Under the pieces are notes generated by a model that was not told where the DNA came from, ran no database searches, and saw only the letters and a list, made by a program, of their open reading frames with translations. A stretch of DNA of 64,000 nucleotides, from contig CAZOQB010000008.1 in NCBI GenBank assembly GCA_964581995.1, positions 77,278-141,277 on the forward strand, read 5' to 3'. Position 1 is the first letter of the stretch. Each line of letters opens with the position of its first letter. This DNA is from an uncultured Ignavibacteriaceae bacterium (GTDB lineage Bacteria; Bacteroidota; Ignavibacteria; UBA10030; BY39). Below, in pieces: positions 20,471-30,406 of this stretch. Made by a program: the position numbers and the translations under genes.

Positions 20471-20932
20471 TCATTTTCTGGTGATAAGCCAAACAAACGC
20501 TGCTGCGACGCCGAGACCTATCCATGCATTCGTTTGCCGTTGCTTCTGTGCGCTTTGAAAAATATTCTGTTGTAACCATAAATATGCTTGATCAGCATTC
20601 TGTGAAGCATCTAGGTATTTGAGATCACTTATAAATGCTGGCAATTGAAGCCCACCTTCTAACACTATTGGAAGTATTGATTTGTCCTGTCCGCAAGCAA
20701 TTCCGATTTCCTGCGTAACCCATTCGGAAGCTTTCGAATTCTTACTCCAAAGTAGGATGAATTGATCGCATGTATGAATCGCATCGAGGATTTCTTTGCT
20801 TAGCGGTGTACCTGGAGCTACTGAATACTCCGCTATGAAAATGTGAACCTCTGGACTCGAAAGGATACGCCGGACACGTTCGACGCTCGGGAAGTCATTG
20901 GTTGAGTAACTTACGAATACCTTATAAGCCAT
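20471..20932 (-). CDS. TIR domain protein with C-terminal transmembrane helix
   Basis: KVFVSYS..D, FILLWSKNSKASEWVTQEIGIA (conserved Glu), ILPIVLE; C-terminal WIGLGVAAAFVWLI. Confidence 0.88.
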   Translation of the reverse strand: MAYKVFVSYSTNDFPSVERVRRILSSPEVHIFIAEYSVAPGTPLSKEILDAIHTCDQFILLWSKNSKASEWVTQEIGIACGQDKSILPIVLEGGLQLPAFISDLKYLDASQNADQAYLWLQQNIFQSAQKQRQTNAWIGLGVAAAFVWLITRK

Positions 20933-21190
20933 TTAATAGATTCCTTTCTTGTTCTGAATCAGTTAATTTATATTTGTAATCGAAAGAACTCCTACCTCTT
21001 ACTTCCGTTAGCATAGGGAAAATTTCAAATCTCAAAACACAAATAACATCCCCATGTGTGGTTTAATATAACACACATTTTCTAAAATGGCAAAGGTTTT
21101 AATTTGCCGGTTACTTATCCAAAATAAACAACCTTCATCTGTTCATAGCTCAGGGCTTTACAAGATTTTCTATTTCTCTTTTCTTTTGCT

Positions 21191-21259
21191 ACACCCCCCT
21201 CTGTCCCCTCTCGAGATTTATCCGCCAATTTGTGTGGCGGAGGGGAAGTAAAGGGGTGT
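21191..21259. repeat. Nested GC-rich palindromic MITE-like element
   Basis: ACACCCC/GGGGTGT, CCCCT/AGGGG and TCCGCCA/TGGCGGA inverted pairs downstream of the NFACT gene. Confidence 0.6.
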
Positions 21260-21284
21260 GTGAGGAAGTAAAAAATTCAGCTAC

Positions 21285-22973
21285 TTACTTCTTCTCCTGC
21301 GGCAACTCCGGCTCTACAAAAACAACTTTCTCACGCTCAAGTGTAACAGTCCCGCTATTAACTCCCTTCGGCTTGCGAACATATTTACGCTCACAGTATG
21401 CAACGGGAACATTACCGGCGTTCCTCATTTTACTGTAATATGCCGCAATGCTTGCAGTCTGGTGAATTGCTTCCTTACCGGGTTTGGTGTTTGAATTACC
21501 CACACGCAAAACCACATGCGAGCCGCCGGCTCCTCGAGCATGAAACCACAAATCATTTGGCTTTGCGTATTTCATCGTCAGCAGGTCGTTATTCGCAGCG
21601 CTCTTACCTACCAACACTTCGAAACCGCCGGCTACCGAAAACACACGAAACGGAAGCGCCGCTTCATTTGCTTTCGGTGAAATTAAATGTAATCTCTGTA
21701 AATCGTTTTCGTATTCTTCCTTGAACTCCATAATCTGATCCCTGGTTTGGCAATTATCCAAATGTAAAAGCAGTTTTTCCAGCAACATAATATTTATTTT
21801 TATTTCCTCATATCGTTTTATCGAAACCTTATGCGATTCGCGCGCTCTTCTTGCTTTATCAAAATATTTTTCAGCGTTTTGCGGCGGCGTCAGCTTAGGT
21901 TCGAGTGTAATACGGATTAAACGATTTTCGTGGAAAACGTCTTCTACGTCGATATCCTTTGTGCCTTTAGTAAGGTGCTGCAGGTTCGTCATTATTACTT
22001 TTGCGATATGCTCATAATCATCCGCCCTTTTTGATTCTGATATTTCTCTATTAGTCGCGCTCTCGTTTCGTTTTGCTTTATCGAGTTCGTTTTTAATCTT
22101 TATCAACAATTCTTTCTTTTCCGCGTCAATATCGTGCTTGATGAATGACTTCACAATAAAAGACCTGACAGCTTCGTTTGCAGTCGTAAAACTCTCTTCC
22201 CTCGACCCTGCCATATGCTGCAGTTGAACCATCGAGAGCACTCTGGGTACATCGTTAGTGTAGTATATTGTTGGCTGCGGTTTACTCAATTCAATAAATA
22301 AATCCGTCACCTTTTGATAAATTATTTTGCAATCGTCTTTCGTAAGCTCCGATATATGCACTTTATCTTCAATCCCGCAACGATGGAGTGTTTCGCGAGC
22401 TAAAGTTGAACCGATAAACGGATAGACAGTTTTCAAAACAGAGAAAGTCGGCTTGCTGCCCTCAGCTAAAAACCTTTCTTCAAATTTCTTGTAATTTAAA
22501 AATATCCCTTCGCCCGTTTCAAAGTTTCTCGACTTCGATATATTCCTATAATTTTTGCCGACATATTCTTTACTGTTCTTGAAAGAGTCTCGAACTATGT
22601 TTTCATTATCTACTAAAAAAATATTACTCGACGCTGTTCCGAATAAATTAATCTTCAAATGTAAATTATCCGATAATTCGATATTGATTACACGGTCGTA
22701 TAAATGGGCAGTGATACGCTTTATTTGTTTATCGGACATTGCGGGGAACAAACTCACCGTATTTCTTTTTGCCCTGGCTACACGCTCTCTCAAGAACACA
22801 TAGTTAAGCTGCGGGTTGATTGATACAGCAAGAGTTTTTACAAGGGTTGGTGTGCTTACAGTAAAAAACAACTCATTTTTAAATTGTGTAAAAATATCGA
22901 CTATAGTTCCGTCCCTGAGTTCGGTATTAAATTCTTCTGCAAGCTTCTGAAGTGTACTGAAATGATTTATCAT
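21285..22973 (-). CDS. NFACT/Rqc2 (RqcH, FbpA-like) ribosome quality control protein
   Basis: QNAEKYFDKARR, VGKSAANNDLLT, DLWFHARGAGGSHVVL, AAYYSK, YVRKPKG motifs. Confidence 0.92.
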   Translation of the reverse strand: MINHFSTLQKLAEEFNTELRDGTIVDIFTQFKNELFFTVSTPTLVKTLAVSINPQLNYVFLRERVARAKRNTVSLFPAMSDKQIKRITAHLYDRVINIELSDNLHLKINLFGTASSNIFLVDNENIVRDSFKNSKEYVGKNYRNISKSRNFETGEGIFLNYKKFEERFLAEGSKPTFSVLKTVYPFIGSTLARETLHRCGIEDKVHISELTKDDCKIIYQKVTDLFIELSKPQPTIYYTNDVPRVLSMVQLQHMAGSREESFTTANEAVRSFIVKSFIKHDIDAEKKELLIKIKNELDKAKRNESATNREISESKRADDYEHIAKVIMTNLQHLTKGTKDIDVEDVFHENRLIRITLEPKLTPPQNAEKYFDKARRARESHKVSIKRYEEIKINIMLLEKLLLHLDNCQTRDQIMEFKEEYENDLQRLHLISPKANEAALPFRVFSVAGGFEVLVGKSAANNDLLTMKYAKPNDLWFHARGAGGSHVVLRVGNSNTKPGKEAIHQTASIAAYYSKMRNAGNVPVAYCERKYVRKPKGVNSGTVTLEREKVVFVEPELPQEKK

Positions 22974-23235
22974 TCTATAAAATTGGTTCCGTCATGTATC
23001 ACCTGTCTAAATATAGGCATTATTCGTTTTCATAACAAATTAAGGAGGTGAGAAAGAATATCTTGAATTGTGCTGAAAATTTTTGTAGTTTAAGTATGTG
23101 TAAAATTGAAATTGCTTATTATTATTCATATTTGGCACATTTTGGGATTTTTTCCCCATCGTTTTTCGGTTTATCTCAAAAATTACAGATGCATATTTTA
23201 AACTCTTTCAGATTGAGTAACAAAGGATATTTTTC

Positions 23236-24117
23236 ATGATTACAAGTATGACGGGCTTCGGTAAATCCGAAGTCATCAAAAAAGGAACTAAGGTCGTTGC
23301 AGAGATACGCAGTGTCAACAGTCGGTATCTCGAAGTTACAACCAAACTTCCAAAGAACCAAAACCACAGAGAAAATGATGTGAAAGATATCATAAACCGC
23401 AGTCTATCCCGCGGTAAAATTAATGTGTCGGTTTCTATAGACGATGCAAAGCTTGAACGTCCTGCTTTGATAATAAACAAGCAGGCGGCTCGTGAATATT
23501 ACAAACTATTGAACGACTTAAGGAAGTCGCTTAAGATTAAAAGCGAAATTACGTTAGACCATCTCCTAAAATTTACCGAGCTATTAGGCGTTGAAGAAAA
23601 ACCTGGCGATGAAGAATTCGAGTGGTCGTTAACTGAGAATGCTATAAACAATGCCATAAAAAATCTTATAAGTATGAAGCAGCAAGAAGGACGCGAGCTT
23701 AAGAAAGATTTGACTATGCGCATTAATTTGATAGATTCCAAAGTGAAAGATATTGAAAAATTGTCTTCAAAACGTGTACCGTTAGAACGGGAACGATTGC
23801 GCGAAAAAGTAAATAAACTTCTTGAAAAGCCCAATCAGGTGGACGACAAGAGAATCGACCAGGAAATAATTTTCCTGGCGGAGAAATTAGACATAACCGA
23901 AGAGTGCACACGTATAAAAAGCCATAACAAATTTTTCTTAGAAGCGATGGCAGAAAAAGAACCATCCGGCAGAAAACTTAATTTTCTGATACAGGAACTC
24001 AACAGAGAAGCCAACACAATTTCGTCGAAAGCGAACGATGCTAATATCTCACACATCGCTATTACTATAAAGGAAGAGTTGGAAAAAGTCAGAGAACAGA
24101 TTCAAAATATAGAGTAG
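23236..24117 (+). CDS. yicC: YicC/YloC family endoribonuclease
   Basis: MITSMTGFG, EIRSVNSRYL, DITEECTRI..H, GRKLNFLIQELNREANTISSK. Confidence 0.95.
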   Translation: MITSMTGFGKSEVIKKGTKVVAEIRSVNSRYLEVTTKLPKNQNHRENDVKDIINRSLSRGKINVSVSIDDAKLERPALIINKQAAREYYKLLNDLRKSLKIKSEITLDHLLKFTELLGVEEKPGDEEFEWSLTENAINNAIKNLISMKQQEGRELKKDLTMRINLIDSKVKDIEKLSSKRVPLERERLREKVNKLLEKPNQVDDKRIDQEIIFLAEKLDITEECTRIKSHNKFFLEAMAEKEPSGRKLNFLIQELNREANTISSKANDANISHIAITIKEELEKVREQIQNIE

Positions 24118-24121
24118 CATA

Positions 24122-24703
24122 TTGATGGTAATGTTGAAACCGAAGCTCATAGTCATATCGGCGCCAAGCGGATGCGGCAAAACGACGATTGTCAGGGAAA
24201 TTTTAAAAATACATCCTGAGATGAATTTCTCAATCTCCGCAACCACGCGCCCGAAACGAGATAATGAAATTGACGGAAAAGACTATTACTTTATAACTAA
24301 AGATGAGTTTGAAAAAAGAATCAAGGAAAACGGACTCGTTGAGTGGCAGAAAATATATGATGACTACTATGGAACCCTTGCGGAAGAAGTAGAGAAATCA
24401 CTAAAGGCGAATAAATCAATTATTTTCGATATCGACGTGTTAGGCGCAATATCGATAAAGAAAAGATACCCTGACGATTCTGTAATAATATTCATAGATG
24501 TACCGAGTTTTGAAGTGCTCAAAGAAAGATTGAGAAACAGAAAAACCGAAAATGAAGAAACATTCAAAAAGCGGCTCGACAGGGTTGAAATGGAAATGAA
24601 GCAGAAGATAAATTTCGATTACATCGTCGTGAACGATGATTTGCAAAAAGCTGTTGATAGAGTAAATGAAATTATTCACAGCTTAATAAGTGAAAATAAA
24701 TAA
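24122..24703 (+). CDS. gmk: Guanylate kinase
   Basis: SAPSGCGKTT, SISATTRPKR..EIDGKDYYF, YYGT. Confidence 0.97.
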   Translation: MMVMLKPKLIVISAPSGCGKTTIVREILKIHPEMNFSISATTRPKRDNEIDGKDYYFITKDEFEKRIKENGLVEWQKIYDDYYGTLAEEVEKSLKANKSIIFDIDVLGAISIKKRYPDDSVIIFIDVPSFEVLKERLRNRKTENEETFKKRLDRVEMEMKQKINFDYIVVNDDLQKAVDRVNEIIHSLISENK

Positions 24704-24724
24704 CTATAAAATAAAGGAGTAGAA

Positions 24725-25045
24725 ATGCCCGTAAAACCGTTAAACTTAAAAGATCTTGAAGAAAAAGTAGAAAACCTCTACGAAGCAATCGTGGTATTGT
24801 CAAAGCGGTCTCAACAGATCAACGAAGAGGTCAAAATCGAGTTTAATCAAAGACTTGAATTGATAACCAGTAAAATAATGAGCGAAGAACCGGAAGACCC
24901 GGAATCGCTTGAGCCAACTACCAACCCTGATCAGATAAACATATCACGCGAATTTGAAAAGAGAGCCAAACCTACTGAACAGGCTATTCAAAATCTGCTA
25001 AACCATGAATTAGAATTCAGGTATAAAGAAGAACCAAATCAGTAA
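24725..25045 (+). CDS. rpoZ: RNA polymerase omega subunit (Bacteroidota/Chlorobi type)
   Basis: NLYEAIVVLSKRSQQI motif and position between gmk and coaBC. Confidence 0.8.
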   Translation: MPVKPLNLKDLEEKVENLYEAIVVLSKRSQQINEEVKIEFNQRLELITSKIMSEEPEDPESLEPTTNPDQINISREFEKRAKPTEQAIQNLLNHELEFRYKEEPNQ

Positions 25046-25055
25046 TTATTTTTAG

Positions 25056-26291
25056 ATGCTGAAGTCAAAAAAAATAGTTATAGGTGTAACCGGCGGAATT
25101 GCCGCTTATAAAATTCCATTGTTAGTCCGCGAGTTTAAGAAAGCCGGCTCAGAAATTAAAATAGTTATGACAAATGCGGCGGCGAAATTTATAAACCCGA
25201 TTACTTTAGCAACTCTCTCTGAAAACCAAGTCATTACGGATACATTTCCCGATACTACAAAGCAAATCGTAGAAGCTGAAACGTGGCACATCAATCTTGG
25301 TTCGTGGGCAGATTTGATATTAATTGCGCCAGCCACTGCAAACACAATTGCTAAACTCGTGTATGGAATTGCCGATAATCCTGTTTCTATTGTTGCGCTA
25401 TCGGCTCGCTGCCCTATAATTATCTCTCCCTCGATGGACACTTACATGTGGGAGAATTCAGCGACACAGGAAAACATTGCAAAACTCCGTGAACGCGGTT
25501 ATAACGTCATTCATCCCGAAGTCGGTGAGTTGGCGAGCGGTCTGGTTGGTAAAGGCAGACTGCCGGAAGTTAAAAATATTATAAAATCAGTCGAGCGCTT
25601 TCTGGATAAGTCAAACACCGACTTCAAAGGTGTTAACATTATTGTTACCGCTGGACCTACTTTCGAGCCGATAGACCCTGTAAGATACATCGGAAACCGT
25701 TCTTCAGGTAAAATGGGTTTTTCGGTTGCACAAGCTGCTGTGGATAGAGGAGCAAATGTTACTCTCGTATCCGGGCAATCTAACCTGCAAACACCAAGAC
25801 ATGTAAAAAGAATTAACGTTGAAACTGCTTCTGAGATGTACAAAGCTGTTACTGCTTATCAAAAACAATCCGATGTAATAATAATGGCTGCGGCTGTTGC
25901 CGATTTTTCTCCCGAGTCCCCTTCCGGTAAAAAAATTAAAAAGGAAGATTTTGAGTCGAACGGATATACATTAAAACTCAAAAAGACAAAAGACATTTTG
26001 GAAGCTCTAGGTAAACAAAAACGATCTAATCAAATACTCGTCGGCTTTGCTCTGGAAACTAACGATGAAATTAAAAACGCACAAACAAAGCTGCGGCAAA
26101 AGAAACTCGATTTGATAGTTCTCAACAATCCCCTCAAAAAAGGCGCGGGATTCGGAAGCGACACTAACATCGTAACTTTAATCCAAAATAACGGCAAAAT
26201 AGAAAAACTACCCCTGATGGCAAAATACGATATTGCCGAAAAAATACTTGACCGTGCAGCTACCTTTCTTAAAAATAGAAATCGTAAATGA
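25056..26291 (+). CDS. coaBC: Bifunctional phosphopantothenoylcysteine decarboxylase/ligase
   Basis: GVTGGIAAYK, IAPATANTIAK, TAGPTFEPIDPVRYIGNRSSGKMG, AAAVADF, VGFALET. Confidence 0.97.
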   Translation: MLKSKKIVIGVTGGIAAYKIPLLVREFKKAGSEIKIVMTNAAAKFINPITLATLSENQVITDTFPDTTKQIVEAETWHINLGSWADLILIAPATANTIAKLVYGIADNPVSIVALSARCPIIISPSMDTYMWENSATQENIAKLRERGYNVIHPEVGELASGLVGKGRLPEVKNIIKSVERFLDKSNTDFKGVNIIVTAGPTFEPIDPVRYIGNRSSGKMGFSVAQAAVDRGANVTLVSGQSNLQTPRHVKRINVETASEMYKAVTAYQKQSDVIIMAAAVADFSPESPSGKKIKKEDFESNGYTLKLKKTKDILEALGKQKRSNQILVGFALETNDEIKNAQTKLRQKKLDLIVLNNPLKKGAGFGSDTNIVTLIQNNGKIEKLPLMAKYDIAEKILDRAATFLKNRNRK

Positions 26292-26977
26292 ACGATATCC
26301 ATAATGAAATTGATAATCTCATAAATAAAGTAAAGAGCTACTTTATGCAGCAAGAAGAATTATTTGGCGAACTCATCTACCCGACAGCAAAAGTGCAAAA
26401 ACCAAAAACCGAATTGTCCAACATGAAAACACTTGACGAACTTAACTCGATAACCTCCGGATGCTTAAAGTGCACTTTAGGACATACACGCACTAATCTG
26501 GTTTTCGGCGTCGGAAATCCAAAGTCACGCGTAATGTTTATCGGTGAAGCTCCCGGCGCCGATGAAGACGCACAGGGCGAACCTTTTGTCGGGCGGGCAG
26601 GTCAACTTCTTAATAAAATTTTAGCGGCAATTGAGATGAAAAGAGAAGATGTTTACATCTGCAACATTTTAAAATGCCGTCCACCGGATAACCGCGACCC
26701 GATGGCGAACGAGATGGAAATCTGTACACCTTACTTAGAAAAACAGATAGATTTAATCAAACCCGAATTTATTATTTGTCTCGGCAGAATAGCAGCCCAG
26801 TGGTTATTAAAAACAAACGACAGCTTGACAAAACTCAGAGAGAAAGTACACGAGTATAAGGGCGCAAAACTTATCATAACTTACCATCCCGCTGCTTTAC
26901 TCCGTAACCCGAATTGGAAGCGCCCCGCCTGGGAAGACATGAAAATGTTCAAAAAAATGTTTGACTCGGAACGTTAA
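26288..26977 (+). CDS. Uracil-DNA glycosylase family 4
   Basis: [53 protein letters not shown]. Confidence 0.95.
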   Translation: MNDIHNEIDNLINKVKSYFMQQEELFGELIYPTAKVQKPKTELSNMKTLDELNSITSGCLKCTLGHTRTNLVFGVGNPKSRVMFIGEAPGADEDAQGEPFVGRAGQLLNKILAAIEMKREDVYICNILKCRPPDNRDPMANEMEICTPYLEKQIDLIKPEFIICLGRIAAQWLLKTNDSLTKLREKVHEYKGAKLIITYHPAALLRNPNWKRPAWEDMKMFKKMFDSER

Positions 26978-27050
26978 GAGTTCCGAAGCAAGCATTTTAA
27001 AAAAATAATTTGTAAATTATGACTGATATAACACTTCAGGAAGAAATTAG

Positions 27051-28475
27051 TTGAAAATTGACGAAACAATACAAGGGCGCATTCCACCACAAGCTGTAGA
27101 TGTGGAAGCAGAAGTTCTCGGCGCAGCTTTAATAGATAAGGAAGCTGTACCAAGGTTGTTGGAAATACTCCAGCCAGAATACTTCTATAAAACAGCTCAT
27201 CAAAAAATTTTTCAAGGAATGACAACTCTCTTCAATCGGAGTGAACCCGTTGACACTGTTACACTTACAGAAGAATTGCGAAGGCGAGGAAACCTCGACG
27301 AAGTGGGCGGTCCGATATACTTAACCGACCTGACGATGAAAGTAACAAGCTCGGCGAACGTAGAATACCATGCTCACATCATACTTGAAAAAGCTTTAAT
27401 GCGACACTTGATTTCTGCCTCCACCGAAATTACAACGCGCGCATACAGCGAAACCGAAGATGCCATCGACCTGTTAGATGAAGCAGAGACGAAAATTTTC
27501 CAGATATCTGAGCACCGATTAAAAAGAAGCACCACGACTATTAAAAAAGCTTTGATAAATACGATGGAGGTTTTAGAAAAAATTCACGGTAAGCACGGCG
27601 GTGTAACCGGTGTTCCATCGGGGTTTGTAGATTTAGATAACGAAACCGGAGGGTTTCAGAATTCCGATTTAATTATAATTGCCGGACGACCCAGCCAAGG
27701 CAAGACGGCATTTGCACTTTCTGTATCAAGAAACGCAGCTCTTCATCCTATGAAACCCACACCCGTTGCAATATTTAGTATCGAAATGTCCGAGCACCAG
27801 TTAGCAACCCGTTTATTATCTGCCGAAGCAAAAATAAACGCTCACTCATTAAGAACAGGAAGACTTCCAGACGAGCAGTGGTCGCGCTTGAGCAAAGTTG
27901 CGGGACGTTTAGCCGAAGCAAAAATTTTTATCGACGATTCACCAACGTTATCCATACTGGAAATACGGGCTAAAACTCGCCGGTTGAAAGCCGAACACGA
28001 CATCGGACTTGTAATTGTTGACTATTTGCAATTAATTCACACCCCGAAAAGTTTAGAAAGCCGAGAGCGAGAAATTTCAATGATTTCCCGGTCCTTAAAG
28101 GCATTAGCAAAAGAATTGAATATCCCGGTAATCGCACTTTCACAGCTTAACAGAGGTCTTGAAACACGCAGCGGCGATAAACGACCAGTACTCGCCGACC
28201 TCCGCGAATCAGGAGCGATTGAGCAGGATGCTGACGTTGTCCTATTTGTTCATCGACCAGAAATGTTCAAAATTGAGTCGCTTAAAGATGACGACGGAAA
28301 TACGATATCAACCGAAGGGCTTGCAGAAATTATTATCGGGAAACAACGTAATGGTCCAACAGGTATAGTTAAATTTACATTCAGAAAAGAGTACGCAGGT
28401 TTTGAAAATTACAGGCCGGGGTCTTTTGAGCAGTATATGCCGGTTGCGCCCGCCGAAATTGAACCACCGTTTTAA
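27051..28475 (+). CDS. dnaB: Replicative DNA helicase
   Basis: PPQAVDVE, AGRPSQGKT, IVDYLQL, LSQLNR, LRESGAIEQDAD, KQRNGPTG. Confidence 0.98.
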   Translation: MKIDETIQGRIPPQAVDVEAEVLGAALIDKEAVPRLLEILQPEYFYKTAHQKIFQGMTTLFNRSEPVDTVTLTEELRRRGNLDEVGGPIYLTDLTMKVTSSANVEYHAHIILEKALMRHLISASTEITTRAYSETEDAIDLLDEAETKIFQISEHRLKRSTTTIKKALINTMEVLEKIHGKHGGVTGVPSGFVDLDNETGGFQNSDLIIIAGRPSQGKTAFALSVSRNAALHPMKPTPVAIFSIEMSEHQLATRLLSAEAKINAHSLRTGRLPDEQWSRLSKVAGRLAEAKIFIDDSPTLSILEIRAKTRRLKAEHDIGLVIVDYLQLIHTPKSLESREREISMISRSLKALAKELNIPVIALSQLNRGLETRSGDKRPVLADLRESGAIEQDADVVLFVHRPEMFKIESLKDDDGNTISTEGLAEIIIGKQRNGPTGIVKFTFRKEYAGFENYRPGSFEQYMPVAPAEIEPPF

Positions 28476-28494
28476 TTTAATAATAAGAGATGTT

Positions 28495-29292
28495 ATGAGA
28501 TATTTAAATTTTATTTTACTATTTTTACTTTTATCATTTTTTCTCGGCGGATGTCAGTCCGGTAAAATGGTCCCCGGTTTATACTGGGAACAAACTACTG
28601 AGATGATCACTCCGAAAGGGGATACTACAAAGTATGATCAGAAATTTTACTTAATACCGGAAAAGCTCAGAAGCGAGCGGCTTGGTCCGTACAACGAAAC
28701 ATTCTTGATCGTCCGTCTCGACAAAAAAATAATGGTAAACGGAAGTCCGGCAGAAAGCGTGTACCAGCAAGTTCCATTCGAAGAAATTATCAGGCGACAA
28801 GAACTACGAAAAGAAAATGTTCGTAGAATGCGCGCACAAATGGACACTCTGCCCCCAAGTCTCAGGTGGAGAATGGAAAGAGATGTAGGCGTTAAATGGC
28901 AGCCTGAAAAATACGAAATTCAAGAAACGGGTGAAAAAAATATTATCTCAGGATTTAACTGTAAAAAATTCATTGTTACTAATCACGATACACTCGAAGG
29001 CGAGTATTGGGTAACCGATGCTTTCGGCTCCCTCGATACTTATGGAAAGGATTGGTTAGGAATTATGGGAATCATCATAACCGGTCCTCAATTCGATAAA
29101 CATAAACTCATAAATGAAAAGGGAATTATAATTGAAGCTCAAGTGGGTAGGACAAAAATAACAGTTCCAAAAATGGAGAAGAAATTATTGCCTGAAAGTT
29201 TGTTCGACCCGCCGGAAGGTTTTGAAAAACGTGAAGTTCCGGTTTGGAAACCGAGAGTACCGCCTACAGATACGCTGAACAATAATAAATAG
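28495..29292 (+). CDS. Lipoprotein, DUF4412/GLPGLI-like C-terminal domain
   Basis: Lipobox LGGC; ETGEKNIISGFNCKKF..YWVT and LFDPPEGF motifs; start reassigned to the ATG at 28495. Confidence 0.65.
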   Translation: MRYLNFILLFLLLSFFLGGCQSGKMVPGLYWEQTTEMITPKGDTTKYDQKFYLIPEKLRSERLGPYNETFLIVRLDKKIMVNGSPAESVYQQVPFEEIIRRQELRKENVRRMRAQMDTLPPSLRWRMERDVGVKWQPEKYEIQETGEKNIISGFNCKKFIVTNHDTLEGEYWVTDAFGSLDTYGKDWLGIMGIIITGPQFDKHKLINEKGIIIEAQVGRTKITVPKMEKKLLPESLFDPPEGFEKREVPVWKPRVPPTDTLNNNK

Positions 29293-29324
29293 AAAACATA
29301 ACAAAATATTCGGTAATCGGAAGT

Positions 29325-30392
29325 TTAAGCGATCGGCATTTTCCAAAACCCGGCTATTTTTCTCTTACATTTAAAGCACTCACCATCCGCTAATTGGTTT
29401 TTAAGAATTTTATAGCCGTATCGTTCAACAAGAAGTTCTTTGCACGTTGGACAGTAAGTATTTTCTCCTCCCCCTACCCTACCCGGCAAGTTTCCGGCAT
29501 ATACATAATTTAGCCCTGCCCTTTTGCCAATCTCCGACGCTCGTAATAGTGTTTTACCCGGTGTGCTCGAACGGTCAGTCATTTTATAATCGGGATGGAA
29601 GGCAGTAACATGCCATGGAATATCCGGCGAAACGGAAACAAGAAACTCTGCAATCTGCTTTAACTCTTCGTCGGAATCGTTGAATCCGGGAACAACCAGC
29701 GTTACAACCTCCACCCAGAAACCTTTTTCAAAAGCTAACTTAATCGTATCCAAAACGTTTTGTAAAACTCCGCCAAGCTCACGGTATCTTTTATCGTTAA
29801 ATCCCTTCAAATCAATTTTGAAAAGGTCGAGATAAGGTCGGAGATAATCTAATACTTCGGGAGTTCCGTTCCCGTTCGAAACATAGCCGGTAACAAGCCC
29901 ATACTGTTTTGCAATTTTAAATATATCGACAGCCCATTCAGAAGTTATAAGCGGCTCGTTGTATGTGCTGGTTATAATTTGAGCCTTGTACTCGACCGCC
30001 ATCATAACAAGGTTTTCGGGCTCTGTCGCTTCTATGCGTGACGTGGAGTGTGGATCCCTGAGAGTTTGTGATGAAAGCCAATTCTGACAAAAGCTGCAGT
30101 GATAATCGCATCCGACCATGCCGAAGCTTACTGCCCCCGAACCCGGAAGCACATGGAAGAATGGTTTTTTTTCTATCGGGTCGAGTGCAACGCTGTTCAC
30201 ATATCCCCACGGCGCATACAATTTACCGTCTTGATTGAATCGAACTTTGCATATTCCATCCCTACCGGGTTTAATTTTACAGCGATGTCCGCAGGAATAA
30301 CACTCTACCCAATCGCCATTCATTTTTATATAAAGCGAACCTTCTTTAGTATGCTTCTTCAGTGTATCTGCGAATGAAACGTTCAAACTCAT
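29325..30392 (-). CDS. amrS: AmmeMemoRadiSam radical SAM enzyme (PflA-like), copy 1
   Basis: C..C.HRC..C.VR, DPIEKKPFFH, GCDYHCSFCQN (CxxxCxxC), TYNEP, FHPDY, YVYAGN. Confidence 0.9.
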   Translation of the reverse strand: MSLNVSFADTLKKHTKEGSLYIKMNGDWVECYSCGHRCKIKPGRDGICKVRFNQDGKLYAPWGYVNSVALDPIEKKPFFHVLPGSGAVSFGMVGCDYHCSFCQNWLSSQTLRDPHSTSRIEATEPENLVMMAVEYKAQIITSTYNEPLITSEWAVDIFKIAKQYGLVTGYVSNGNGTPEVLDYLRPYLDLFKIDLKGFNDKRYRELGGVLQNVLDTIKLAFEKGFWVEVVTLVVPGFNDSDEELKQIAEFLVSVSPDIPWHVTAFHPDYKMTDRSSTPGKTLLRASEIGKRAGLNYVYAGNLPGRVGGGENTYCPTCKELLVERYGYKILKNQLADGECFKCKRKIAGFWKMPIA

Positions 30393-30406
30393 TTCCTAAA
30401 AGATGT

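Noticed and set aside
23041-23239. Leader ORF with a perfect TAAGGAGGTG Shine-Dalgarno, overlapping the yicC start
   Set aside because: The peptide is compositionally random, the GTG lies inside the SD, and the region must hold the divergent promoters; there is no supporting motif.
27051-28475. Intein in DnaB
   Set aside because: The length (474 aa) and continuous motifs leave no room for an insertion.
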